Positions 39,199 to 48,522 of a stretch of 64,000 nucleotides of DNA are shown one piece after another (position 1 is the first letter of the stretch; each line of letters begins with the position of its first letter). Origin of the DNA: an uncultured Verrucomicrobiota bacterium (GTDB lineage: Bacteria > Verrucomicrobiota > Verrucomicrobiia > Limisphaerales > DTLC01); NCBI GenBank assembly GCA_964555645.1, contig CAZKTA010000007.1:66991-130990 (forward strand). The letters are read 5' to 3'. The notes beneath the pieces were generated by a model. The model did no database searches, had not been told where the DNA came from, and worked only from the letters and a program-made list of their open reading frames with translations. The position numbers and the translations under genes were made by a program.

Positions 39199-40185
39199 AT
39201 GCAATCGGAAAAGGACGGGCCTGTTGGGCAGTTTGTACAGCGTCATTTTCGGCATTTCAATGCGGGTGTTGTAGCAGATGCAAGCGCCGCGCTGTTGGTG
39301 CATCTGCAAAAAAGGGGTAAAATGTTGCTTGCCATGGCTGGCGCAATGAGCACGGCCGAGATCGGGCTTTCACTCGCTGAGATGATTCGGCGAGACAAAA
39401 TCCACGCCATCTGCTGTACGGGCGCAAACCTTGAAGAAGACGTCTTCAATCTGGTTGCACACAACGATTATGAGCACGTCAAACATTACCGACACCTGAC
39501 GCCGGCCGAGGAAGAAGCACTTCTTAAACGCGGCATGAACCGTGTCACAGACGTGTGCATACCTGAAAAGCAGGCAATTCTTCGCGTTGAACAGGCGATG
39601 CTCAGAAAATTGCAGAAAGCCGATCAAACCGCGCAACGCATGTTCCCGCATGAATTTCTGTACGAGGTGTTGCGCAACGGCGATCTCAAAGAGCATTATC
39701 AGATTGACCCGAAGGACAGTTGGATGGTCGCAGCCGCCGAAAGAAACCTGCCGCTGTTTGTGCCCGGCTGGGAAGATTCGACCTTGGGCAATATGTACGC
39801 CGCGCGCGTCATCGCCGGTCATATCAAGAATGTCCACACGGTACGCACCGGCATCGAGTACATGATTGCGTTGGCTGAATGGTATGAACGTACCGCAGCC
39901 GAACATCCAGTCGGCTTTTTCCAGATCGGGGGCGGTATAGCAGGTGACTTTGCGATCTGTGTTGTGCCCATGTTGCGCCAGGACCTTAAACGTGTCAATG
40001 TGCCGGTGTGGGCTTACTTCTGTCAGATAAGCGACTCGACAACAAGCTACGGCAGTTATTCAGGTGCCGTGCCAAACGAAAAGATTACTTGGGGCAAGCT
40101 CGGCGTTGACACGCCCCGGTTTATCATCGAGTCAGACGCAACCATAGTTGCGCCTTTGATCTTCGCCCGTGTGTTGGGTTGGTAA
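39199..40185 (+). CDS. Deoxyhypusine synthase-family protein (bacterial DHS/homospermidine-synthase-like)
   Basis: I place the start at MQSEKDG (39199). Motifs AGAMSTAEIG, IHAICCTGANLEED, WGKL. 328 aa. Confidence 0.75.
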   Translation: MQSEKDGPVGQFVQRHFRHFNAGVVADASAALLVHLQKRGKMLLAMAGAMSTAEIGLSLAEMIRRDKIHAICCTGANLEEDVFNLVAHNDYEHVKHYRHLTPAEEEALLKRGMNRVTDVCIPEKQAILRVEQAMLRKLQKADQTAQRMFPHEFLYEVLRNGDLKEHYQIDPKDSWMVAAAERNLPLFVPGWEDSTLGNMYAARVIAGHIKNVHTVRTGIEYMIALAEWYERTAAEHPVGFFQIGGGIAGDFAICVVPMLRQDLKRVNVPVWAYFCQISDSTTSYGSYSGAVPNEKITWGKLGVDTPRFIIESDATIVAPLIFARVLGW

Positions 40186-40359
40186 CAAACCCAGCCCGAT
40201 CACAAAAGATAAGTCTGTGCCGCACCAGTTATAAAACGAAACTGACCAGTCGCCCGACGCCAAGTACGCCTACCCGACTATTGCTCAACTTGTATGAGCT
40301 TACGTCAGGAAACGGTCGGGCACGCACGAGCCGGGTCTCGTTCTGGGTGATTGCAAATT

Positions 40360-42075
40360 TCAAAAACCAGTTGCACCGGCAGCCGGGAATGTTCCGAAGC
40401 GGTAGCCGCTTACCATGAGTAATTCGATCTTCTCGTATCGGCTAACGCCTTTTGTGTTTTCTAAAGTGACAATTTGTTCGAGCTGCGTCGCCGTGTTTTC
40501 GATAAAGTGTCGTATTTGTCTGCCCCAAACGTAATTGTACGGTTCATCAAACCAGCGCAACGGCCCGTGCGGTGCAGGGGGTAAGGTCGGCACCGTAATC
40601 TCACCTGGCCGCGGTTTTGGTAAAAGGCCAACTACCCAAACTTTGTTGCCTGCACGCAGCGTATGGCGCATCCGCTCTAAAACCGGACCGTTTGGGTCGG
40701 GCGCCGCGAGTTTTTCTTTTAACAGGTCATAGCGATGGAACCTGTGATCGGCAATTGGTGGGATTGTAGTCCACTGAGCCGGGCCGTTGTAATACCGTTT
40801 GAATGAAATGCCGCAGTACCACGGCAAAACCACAACTAGGTCTTCATCTTTAACCCGCTCATTTAATATGTGCGCAACAAAATCAATGTTTGTCTGGCGT
40901 TGTGTCACGCGGCTCCAAGCTGGCAACAGCGATATCACCACAAATAAACCGACTGCCAAAGCCCAATTTAGTCGGTGGCGAGCTACTTGGTCCGATAGTC
41001 CCGTCTGAACGCACACGGCCACAATTGGCATCAGCGGTAACCAGTACCAAGGCTGAGTGGGCAGCCCCGCATGCCATAAGAATAAAAAGAAGCCAAACGC
41101 ACCCGTTAAAGCCGTCAGCCCGACGAAGAGCGGTAACTCAACCGAAATTTCGTCACGCCGTGAGATCGGCTTTTCGAGCGATGCTACGCCAGTCCATACC
41201 GCCAGCACAAATAACCCAATCCAAATCAACGGCCCAAGCCAAGGGGGTGTACCAAACGCTTCTGAGAAACTTGCCCATGCAACTGGCGGGCGAAACCCGG
41301 CTTTTCCAACGATCCACCAGCTTTGCGACTTCTTCAACGGCTGCAAATATGGCAACAACGACAATGCCGCAGGCAGCCCCGCAGCAATGCTTAGTAAAGC
41401 ATTTTTGAAACGCCGATGCCGTAAGCAAACCACTGCTGCACTACAACAAATTGCGCACAGCAAAAAGGCGTTCTGATACAGACACTGAACACTTGCCAGT
41501 CCGAACACAGTGGCTGCAATAAACCGCGTTGGGGTTGCCTTCACTACCGTTTGCCATATCAGACCCAGTGTTGTAAGCATTAGCATTGCACCCAGACCAT
41601 ACGCGCGGATCGAGTCGCCCCAATGTATGACCGTTGCGTTAATTGCCAGCAAACCTAATGAGACAAGTGGCTTGCGCTTACCCAAGACCCACGCAACCCA
41701 CCACAGTACACCGAGCATCCCGAGGCCAATCATAAGCCCCAACATGCGCAGGCCGAAATCGGAATTGCCAAACCCTAGCTCAACCCAGAGCCGGACCAAC
41801 AGCGGGAAAAGCAATGGGAACGAGTCATAGGTAAGCATTTGCCATACTTCACCCAGCGTTGGTAGTGTGGCCAGCGCCACCAGGCCGGCTTCATCACGCC
41901 ACAGGGCGCCTGCATTGAAAAGCCTCGTTACGTGCAAGCAAACCGCAAGCAGCGTTACGCATATGCACACAACGCATTCCAGGTCCAGCGCACGGATGAC
42001 TTTGCCGAAAGTCCATCGGGTACCAAAATTGTGAGCGGATTCCCGGTTCAAGTTTTTTGGTTGTGCTTCGTGCAT
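40360..42075 (-). CDS. Polytopic membrane protein, ArnT/GT39-like architecture (second paralogue-like gene in the window)
   Basis: 571 aa with many TM segments and then a soluble C-terminal domain of about 190 aa. The layout matches the 23090-24727 protein. No sharp motif recognised. Confidence 0.45.
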   Translation of the reverse strand: MHEAQPKNLNRESAHNFGTRWTFGKVIRALDLECVVCICVTLLAVCLHVTRLFNAGALWRDEAGLVALATLPTLGEVWQMLTYDSFPLLFPLLVRLWVELGFGNSDFGLRMLGLMIGLGMLGVLWWVAWVLGKRKPLVSLGLLAINATVIHWGDSIRAYGLGAMLMLTTLGLIWQTVVKATPTRFIAATVFGLASVQCLYQNAFLLCAICCSAAVVCLRHRRFKNALLSIAAGLPAALSLLPYLQPLKKSQSWWIVGKAGFRPPVAWASFSEAFGTPPWLGPLIWIGLFVLAVWTGVASLEKPISRRDEISVELPLFVGLTALTGAFGFFLFLWHAGLPTQPWYWLPLMPIVAVCVQTGLSDQVARHRLNWALAVGLFVVISLLPAWSRVTQRQTNIDFVAHILNERVKDEDLVVVLPWYCGISFKRYYNGPAQWTTIPPIADHRFHRYDLLKEKLAAPDPNGPVLERMRHTLRAGNKVWVVGLLPKPRPGEITVPTLPPAPHGPLRWFDEPYNYVWGRQIRHFIENTATQLEQIVTLENTKGVSRYEKIELLMVSGYRFGTFPAAGATGF

Positions 42076-42346
42076 TTCCGCGGTTTGGGTCTGTCGCGCC
42101 TACCATTGGCAATCATTCTACTGCCCTGTGCGCCAGCAACAGCCGGCGCTGTTTTTAGTGGCGGAAAGATAGAAATGCTACACAATCCCGCGCAAGCGAA
42201 TCCGAACGCAGGCGGACGCGGTCCCAGCCGGGCTACAACTGCTGCAAACCTCTACCGATTGACAATATACGAAATCCACTGCGCGGAGCTTTGCCCACCT
42301 CGCATGCACACAGCTTCAGAGCTGGGACTCTATAACAGTGACCTGA

Positions 42347-43012
42347 TTAAGGAATGGCAAGCCGGTTACTTAACTTGGCCGAGTTTGCCAATAGCTCGCG
42401 CAGGCCTGATCCATTAACTTGGCGCACTGTGCCGTCCGCCAGTGCAACGTTGCCCGCGTTCTGGTCCCACCCATGGATTCTCCGTGTCCAACCAACGTTT
42501 TGGTTCGTGCTCAACAGCCAAAGACCGGGTTTTAATTGTTCGCCATCGAGTGTTATCTTGCAGTCCCCCGCGAGCAACATGCAGGGCCGCTTCAGCGCAG
42601 TGTCAACACTTACAAAATAGCTAATGTTTGCCTCGGTTAAGTTTGTCCCAAAACTCAAAGCGCCCTTGCGTGTGCGGTCGTTGGGGCAAATCAAAATCTT
42701 GGGTATGGTCAGCTCATTCGACATCACCCCGTAATGCGGCGCGACCAACCCGGATTCGACCCACTCCCATGACCCACCCTTAGCCACTGGCACCTGCATG
42801 GGGAACTTTTCATTGTGGTCACTTGCCCAGACCCGGAAACTTATAGCGACCTGCCTGACATTGCTTATGCAGTGGATTCTGGAAGCCCGTTTTTTGGGCT
42901 GTAACAGGCCGGACAGTAACATCCCGGCCAGCACCCCAATAATTGCAATAACCACAACAGCCTCTACGCGCGTCAAAGAATTGGTGCTTCGGGTTGCACA
43001 ATGAGGTTTCAT
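42347..43012 (-). CDS. Prepilin-type N-terminal domain protein of the H-X9-DG (DUF1559) family
   Basis: 221 aa. N-terminus ..NSLTRVEAVVVIAIIGVLAGMLL. C-terminal HGWDQNAGNVALADGTV matches the H-X9-DG pattern. Confidence 0.75.
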   Translation of the reverse strand: MKPHCATRSTNSLTRVEAVVVIAIIGVLAGMLLSGLLQPKKRASRIHCISNVRQVAISFRVWASDHNEKFPMQVPVAKGGSWEWVESGLVAPHYGVMSNELTIPKILICPNDRTRKGALSFGTNLTEANISYFVSVDTALKRPCMLLAGDCKITLDGEQLKPGLWLLSTNQNVGWTRRIHGWDQNAGNVALADGTVRQVNGSGLRELLANSAKLSNRLAIP

Positions 43013-43794
43013 TGTACCTGCCAGAACCCGCGACTTCTGATTCGAAAAAACAACCCATTTTCAGAAACATCCTGCATTGCAACGGAACACTGTTCAATTA
43101 GCCAGGGTATTTCATGATCTTAGGGAGTACACACCATTTGGCCGGTGCGGGCGGGAGTCTTACCGGATCGCTGAAACTTTCCCAGCCTCGCACAGGCCAT
43201 TGGCCAAATCGCATCGCACGCGTGCACCGCCGGCTAAACCCGCATCCGGCTGTGTAAAAAAATGATCTCGGTTTACTAGGACTCGAGCGCACCCGGGCAG
43301 GGCGCGCGTCATAAACGGGTATGAAACATCCGGGCTGGAGATCCTTTGATTCGGTTGTGTAAGGTGAGCCGGGTCACAAAAGGGCTGAAAACTACCTCGA
43401 CTTTTACGGTGCAAATAAATTTCGCGGCCCAGCGAAGCGTCCCAGGGACCAATTTTCAGCGTGATTACCGAAAATGAACATGGGCTTTTAGTTCGTCTGT
43501 CGGGATCGGTGATTGCGCCAGACGCAAGGGCTGTGAGCCGAGGCTTGACTGGGCTGCAATCGCCGTAGAAGCTTCGGACAGATAACCGGCAGCGTAACAG
43601 GACCTTAAACCTTGCACGTGGCCGATCGGAGTGAGATGGGCGCACTGCAGGTCGTGTGCGTGAATTGTATCGTTGAGGTAGCACAAAGGGCTGGTTGCCA
43701 TGTTTAATCCACCCGCTAGACTTGGAAAGTCGCAGGGGCAGTGGCGCAGACTTTGCCATATTCAACAGCGCTAAACCGATATCAACTGCGAAAC

Positions 43795-45894
43795 ATGAAA
43801 ACGCGAAATCTACTAATCACGATTGCTTGCCTTGTGGCGATTGGATTTGCAGGCTGGAAAATCGCGAGTTTCTTTAGTCCGCCGAAACGAGACGGCTCGG
43901 AACCAACGAAAGTATCTGTCCCAGACCTGATCTGGTTGGTTGCCTATGCAACTGAGCCCCCTGGTTTGGGTTTTGGGAATCCGCAAGACCGGCGATGGAT
44001 CGAGTACTATTATCGCCACCGCGCACATGGTGAGGTCATCCCGGTACTGCTTAGGATCGCAAGCATGGTAAAGGACGATACCGATACCGCTGCAACAGCT
44101 TGGTTCTTCGGCACGCTGCTGCGTGGGAACACCAAGATGCTCGATCGGGTTAAAGCCGAAATAGCAAGTGCCACCAACCTGACGCGATTGTTTCTGGAAA
44201 TGGCACTGGTAAACGCAGCAGCACAACCACTTACGCAGATAACCAACACAGCAGATTTGTACCGAGTCTGGGCTGAATACCTTGCCACAGGCGATCTGGA
44301 TAAGATAGACCTTATGCTTTCGGTGTTTTGCGATTCGGGTGTGCCGCAACCGGTGGTTTTGCAGACTGCCGCGCAGAATCTGCTGCTCAAAGTGATCCCT
44401 TATCACGCGGAGGTTTACACCGCGGTGCGCGAGGCTGCATTGCTCGCCGACGAAGCATGCCAGCCCACACTGCAGCGTGTTGTGAACCAGGCGAGGAACA
44501 GGTTTGCCGATGAGACCACAGACTTGATCACGCTGGCGAACAACCTGCGAGCGGAGCGCAACTTCAAAAAGGCGCATGAGACCATTCAAGCCGCACTGAA
44601 ACTTTTCCCCGACTCAGCCCGCGCCCAAGGCGCGCTTGCGCGGCTTGCCGAGGAAGAGGGCAAGCTTGACGAAGCGCTTATGGCGGCGGTCCGGGCGGCA
44701 GCGATTTTCCCGTGCGAGCCGGAGAATCACTATAGGGTCGGGCGGATACATTTCTTGCGCCGCGATTACAAGGCGGCGATCGCAAGTTACGAAACGGCGA
44801 TCAAGCTCGGCTACTCATTCCCATCAGTGTGGCATGCACTGGGTAGAGCACACCAAGAGATCGGCAATCACCAGCAAGCCATACAGTGTTTCAAAACTTA
44901 CCTCCAACTAGAGCCGCACGGCCCGAACGAAGCACTCGTTAAGGGGTACTTGGCATCGATGAATCACCCCGTCGAAGACGACCCGAACGACATCGTCGCT
45001 ATGCTTATCCGGGGAGACTGCGATGCACTTGAGAAACGCCTGCGCGAAATTCTTCAGGCCAGAAGACGTGATCGAACCGGACGCAGCGAGATCTTCAGGG
45101 CATACGAGTACCTGTGCAAAAACCCAACGGGCAGGTTTGGGTTCGAACAATTCATTGACAGGTTCCGGCGCTGGGTCGAGGCGCGGCCTGAGTCACACTT
45201 TGCACACGCTGCGTACGGCGAGGTGCTTGTCGAGCATGCCTGGCAGGCGCGGGGACTTGGTTGGGCACAGACGGTGACCTCGGAAGGGGTGCGACTGTTC
45301 GAAGAACGTCTCCAAAAGGCACGTGCTGTGCTAGAACGCGCCTACGAACTCGACCCTTCTGATCCAATTCCACCCTCACGCTTGATAACGGTGGCTATGG
45401 GGTTGGGCCTCGGCCGCGACGAAATGGAAAAACAATTTAAACGCGGACTCGCAGCCGACCCGGCCGAGTACGTAGTATATTTTCGCAAGCTTACGTACCT
45501 CATGCCCAAATGGCACGGTACAGAAGAAGAAATGTTCGAGTTTGCGCGCAAGGCTGCATCTGAAGCACCCACAAACTCGCTTGTGCCGCTTGTGCTCGTA
45601 AACGCGCACTGGGAAATGTTCACAATGAACAAGCGCGACAAGCGATATTTTCGCAGACTTGGTGTTTGGGACGAGATCAAGCAGGTGTACACCACCCTCT
45701 GCAATTCGTTTCCAGACGCGCCCGAATGGCGCGACAGTTTTGCCCTTGCTGCGTTCTACGCCGGTGATTACGAAACCGCTGCACGCCAGTTCGAGATAAT
45801 TGGAGCGAACTGGGACCCGCAAATCTGGGATGAACGCACTTTCTTCAGCCGTGTCCGGGCTGAAACGCAGAAAAGGCTCAGACGGTCCGACTAG
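43795..45894 (+). CDS. Membrane-anchored TPR-repeat protein with DUF4034-like C-terminal domain
   Basis: I place the start at MKTRNLLITIACLVAIGFAG (43795; tracked ORF start 43741). TPR-like repeats occupy roughly residues 280-420 of the tracked ORF (..NFKKAHETIQAALKLFPD.., ..DYKAAIASYETAIKLG.., ..NHQQAIQCFKTYLQLEP..). Confidence 0.6.
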   Translation: MKTRNLLITIACLVAIGFAGWKIASFFSPPKRDGSEPTKVSVPDLIWLVAYATEPPGLGFGNPQDRRWIEYYYRHRAHGEVIPVLLRIASMVKDDTDTAATAWFFGTLLRGNTKMLDRVKAEIASATNLTRLFLEMALVNAAAQPLTQITNTADLYRVWAEYLATGDLDKIDLMLSVFCDSGVPQPVVLQTAAQNLLLKVIPYHAEVYTAVREAALLADEACQPTLQRVVNQARNRFADETTDLITLANNLRAERNFKKAHETIQAALKLFPDSARAQGALARLAEEEGKLDEALMAAVRAAAIFPCEPENHYRVGRIHFLRRDYKAAIASYETAIKLGYSFPSVWHALGRAHQEIGNHQQAIQCFKTYLQLEPHGPNEALVKGYLASMNHPVEDDPNDIVAMLIRGDCDALEKRLREILQARRRDRTGRSEIFRAYEYLCKNPTGRFGFEQFIDRFRRWVEARPESHFAHAAYGEVLVEHAWQARGLGWAQTVTSEGVRLFEERLQKARAVLERAYELDPSDPIPPSRLITVAMGLGLGRDEMEKQFKRGLAADPAEYVVYFRKLTYLMPKWHGTEEEMFEFARKAASEAPTNSLVPLVLVNAHWEMFTMNKRDKRYFRRLGVWDEIKQVYTTLCNSFPDAPEWRDSFALAAFYAGDYETAARQFEIIGANWDPQIWDERTFFSRVRAETQKRLRRSD

Positions 45895-45962
45895 CGCATT
45901 GGACCGGATTAACGGTGCCACGCGCTGCCAATCTATTTCGCGGGGCCTATGACGTTGCCAGC

Positions 45963-48473
45963 TCATAAGTCTGCGGTTGCCGAAATCTTCACCTGTTTGC
46001 CAGTGTACCGCACGGTCTTAGTGACACGACCGCGGTCCGAGATGAATATGAGCTGAAATTCGCGTGATTCGATCATGCCTTCGAACCTGCCTACGCGCTC
46101 GGAGATGATTAGTTCGCCACGGTTGTTGTTCCAGCTCATGTGCACGAGCGCGTAGGCGCCTTGCTCGTAGTCGTAGCCGTCGCCTGCGTCTTCGTACAAG
46201 GTGAACTCGCCATCGGCGCCACAGTAAATTCTGATCTCGTACGGTGCATCTGGGTGTTCGTCCACGTATTGCATGACTGGTGCCATTGGCAAAATTGAGC
46301 CTGCACGCACAAAAAGGGGGATTATATCGAGTGGTGCATCGGCCTCGATAGTTTGGCCGCCAACAAAGATCTTTTCAGTCCAAAAATCGTACCACTGGAT
46401 TGCCTTGGGCAGATAAACTTTTCGCGTTTTGGGTGCATCAAGGATCGGCTCCGAATTGCGCCGGTAATACATTGGTTGAGTTACCGGGCAGACCATGAAC
46501 GCTGAGCCGAACATGTATTGGTCCGTGAGGTTATATGTGGCGGTGTCATCTGGAAAATCCAGGGCGACCGGGCGCATCAACGTGTAGCCGTTGAGTGTCA
46601 CCTGGGCCGCAAGCGAGTAAATATACGGGATGAGCTGGTACCGCAGTCGGATGTAGTTTGCGATAGTATCGTAAAAGGGAGTTCCCGGTTCGCCGAACCG
46701 CCAGATCTCGCGCGGTGCATCGGTGCCGTGGCTGCGGAAGATGGGCAGGAAAACGGCGTATTGCAGCCAACGCGTGTAAAGCTCGTGGTAGCCGAGATCA
46801 GTGCAACCGGTGTCGCTCGGGTCGGGTTCGACCAGGTCGGGGGCGGTCAATCCGCGGCAGCCGGCGTCGTAATCGCCGCGCCAGAACCAGAGCGTGGGGT
46901 CGTGCCGGATGAAAAAACCGCCGATGTCCAGGGTCCAGTACGGTTCACCAGTTACGCAAAAGTTGAGTCCCTCGGGAATGGAGCGGCGCAGCGTTTCCCA
47001 GGTGGCGCAGATGTCACCGGACCACGTGATGGTAGCGTAGCGATGCTGGCCGGCGTACGAGGAGCGGGAGAGGTTGACGACGCGCTTGGCGTTGGTGGAA
47101 CTGCGTTGGCCATCGTAAATGCCCTGCGAATGTAGCAATGAGTAAAGGTTGATGAAGCCGGGGTCGATGTAGCGTTTGAAGTGTTCGGTGTTAAGCAGCA
47201 GGCGCGTGTGCACTTCCGGTTTCACTGTGCCGGACCAGTCGGGTTCGAATGGTTCTGTGCAATCGCACCACCACGCATCGATGCCGTGGATGAGCAATCC
47301 GCGGTTTGCCTGTTCCCAATAACAGCGTCGGGCTTGCGGATTGAAAGCGTCGTACGTTGATTGGTCACCGAGCATCAGGCCGCGCTCCAGCAGCTCGCGT
47401 CGGTCTGGGCAATCACCGGTCATCTTGGGCCAGATCGAAATCATCAGCTTTGCGCCTAGCCTGTGCAGTTCCTCAGTGAATGCTTTCGGGTTGGGAAAAC
47501 GCACCGGGTCAAAAGACTTTTGGCCCCAGCCCGACTCAGCCGGCCACGATTTCCAGTCAAGCACGATCACGTCCAACGGCACGTTACGCCGGCGATACTC
47601 GCGCACGACCTCGATCATTTCATTCGCGTTCACATACCGCTCTTTCGACTGGATGTAACCAAACATCCATTTCGGGAGCATGGGCGGCTTGCCGGTCAGT
47701 ACATAATACCTGCGTGTTATGTCCTGGAGCCGCTCGCCGAAAATGAAGTAGTAATCGAGCTCGTCCACTACATCGGCCCAGATGTATGAGCCATGCGCAT
47801 CATCATGGAAGACCATCAACGAGCCGCAATCGAGCAAAATGCCGTAGCCTTTGGTTGAAACGAAAAATGGGACTACAGCTTTGAGATTATGCTGGTACAG
47901 CTCGCGGGATTTGCCACGCAGGTTGCCATATCCCTCCTCGTGCGACCCGAGGCCAAACAACGCCTCATTATCGCTAAACACAAACTCGAGCTTGGCCTCG
48001 AATGCAATCCGGTCGAATATACGTTGACACTCGGTTTCACGGGTCAGCTCAGGACCGACATTTTGACTGCGAACCGAATTAGCGTTCTTGGCGTGCACGC
48101 ATTTGTAAACCTCCTTAGGCGTGAGCCATTTACCGCCGCGTTCAGGCTCGCGCGTGAGCAGGTTTCCGTGCTTGTCGAAATAACTAATGGCGCCGGTTCG
48201 TTTGTCAACGGTAAGCTTGAGCGCGGAAGTGGCGATCATAAAGTCCGCGTCTGTTTCTTGGAGTTGAACGCTGCAGTGCTTTTGGTCTGCGGGTTTCGGT
48301 TTTTGGGCTTCGGCTGTGTGTTTTGGCAGCACGATGTAGCTTGGCGTCGTCTTGAACGGTTTGCCATCGGTAAAGGTGATTCTGGCTATTGCCTCGGTGA
48401 CAAACCCGATCCGCAACCGTTTGCTGCCGTTGGCCAAGATTACCGTGCCGTCGTTGATTTCCAGTTTGAACAT
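45963..48473 (-). CDS. Glycoside hydrolase family 31 (alpha-xylosidase/alpha-glucosidase-like)
   Basis: Motifs YGILLD, PKWMFGYIQSKERY, LDVIVLDWKSW, GIDAWWCDCTEPF, RSSYAGQHRY..TWSGD, FRSHG. I place the start at MFKLEIN (48473), which is preceded by GGAGG 12 nt upstream. An alternative ATG is at 48503. Confidence 0.85.
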   Translation of the reverse strand: MFKLEINDGTVILANGSKRLRIGFVTEAIARITFTDGKPFKTTPSYIVLPKHTAEAQKPKPADQKHCSVQLQETDADFMIATSALKLTVDKRTGAISYFDKHGNLLTREPERGGKWLTPKEVYKCVHAKNANSVRSQNVGPELTRETECQRIFDRIAFEAKLEFVFSDNEALFGLGSHEEGYGNLRGKSRELYQHNLKAVVPFFVSTKGYGILLDCGSLMVFHDDAHGSYIWADVVDELDYYFIFGERLQDITRRYYVLTGKPPMLPKWMFGYIQSKERYVNANEMIEVVREYRRRNVPLDVIVLDWKSWPAESGWGQKSFDPVRFPNPKAFTEELHRLGAKLMISIWPKMTGDCPDRRELLERGLMLGDQSTYDAFNPQARRCYWEQANRGLLIHGIDAWWCDCTEPFEPDWSGTVKPEVHTRLLLNTEHFKRYIDPGFINLYSLLHSQGIYDGQRSSTNAKRVVNLSRSSYAGQHRYATITWSGDICATWETLRRSIPEGLNFCVTGEPYWTLDIGGFFIRHDPTLWFWRGDYDAGCRGLTAPDLVEPDPSDTGCTDLGYHELYTRWLQYAVFLPIFRSHGTDAPREIWRFGEPGTPFYDTIANYIRLRYQLIPYIYSLAAQVTLNGYTLMRPVALDFPDDTATYNLTDQYMFGSAFMVCPVTQPMYYRRNSEPILDAPKTRKVYLPKAIQWYDFWTEKIFVGGQTIEADAPLDIIPLFVRAGSILPMAPVMQYVDEHPDAPYEIRIYCGADGEFTLYEDAGDGYDYEQGAYALVHMSWNNNRGELIISERVGRFEGMIESREFQLIFISDRGRVTKTVRYTGKQVKISATADL

Positions 48474-48522
48474 AGCCGCTGCTGACCTCCAGATGGCACG
48501 CAAAAGTGTGCGTGATATTTTC

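Noticed and set aside
43578-43741. RNase P-like fragments: ACAGATAACCGGC (43578-43590) and GGAAAGTCGCAGGGGCAG (from 43724).
   Set aside because: The two pieces are in the wrong order for a plus-strand RNase P RNA, because the P4 5' strand should come first. The GGAAAGTC piece lacks the CCGGGC continuation. I judge the match coincidental.
43160-43765. 201-aa minus-strand ORF in the divergent spacer.
   Set aside because: The composition is rich in Arg, Ser and Pro, there are no motifs, and the position is consistent with a promoter region. Not supported as a gene.
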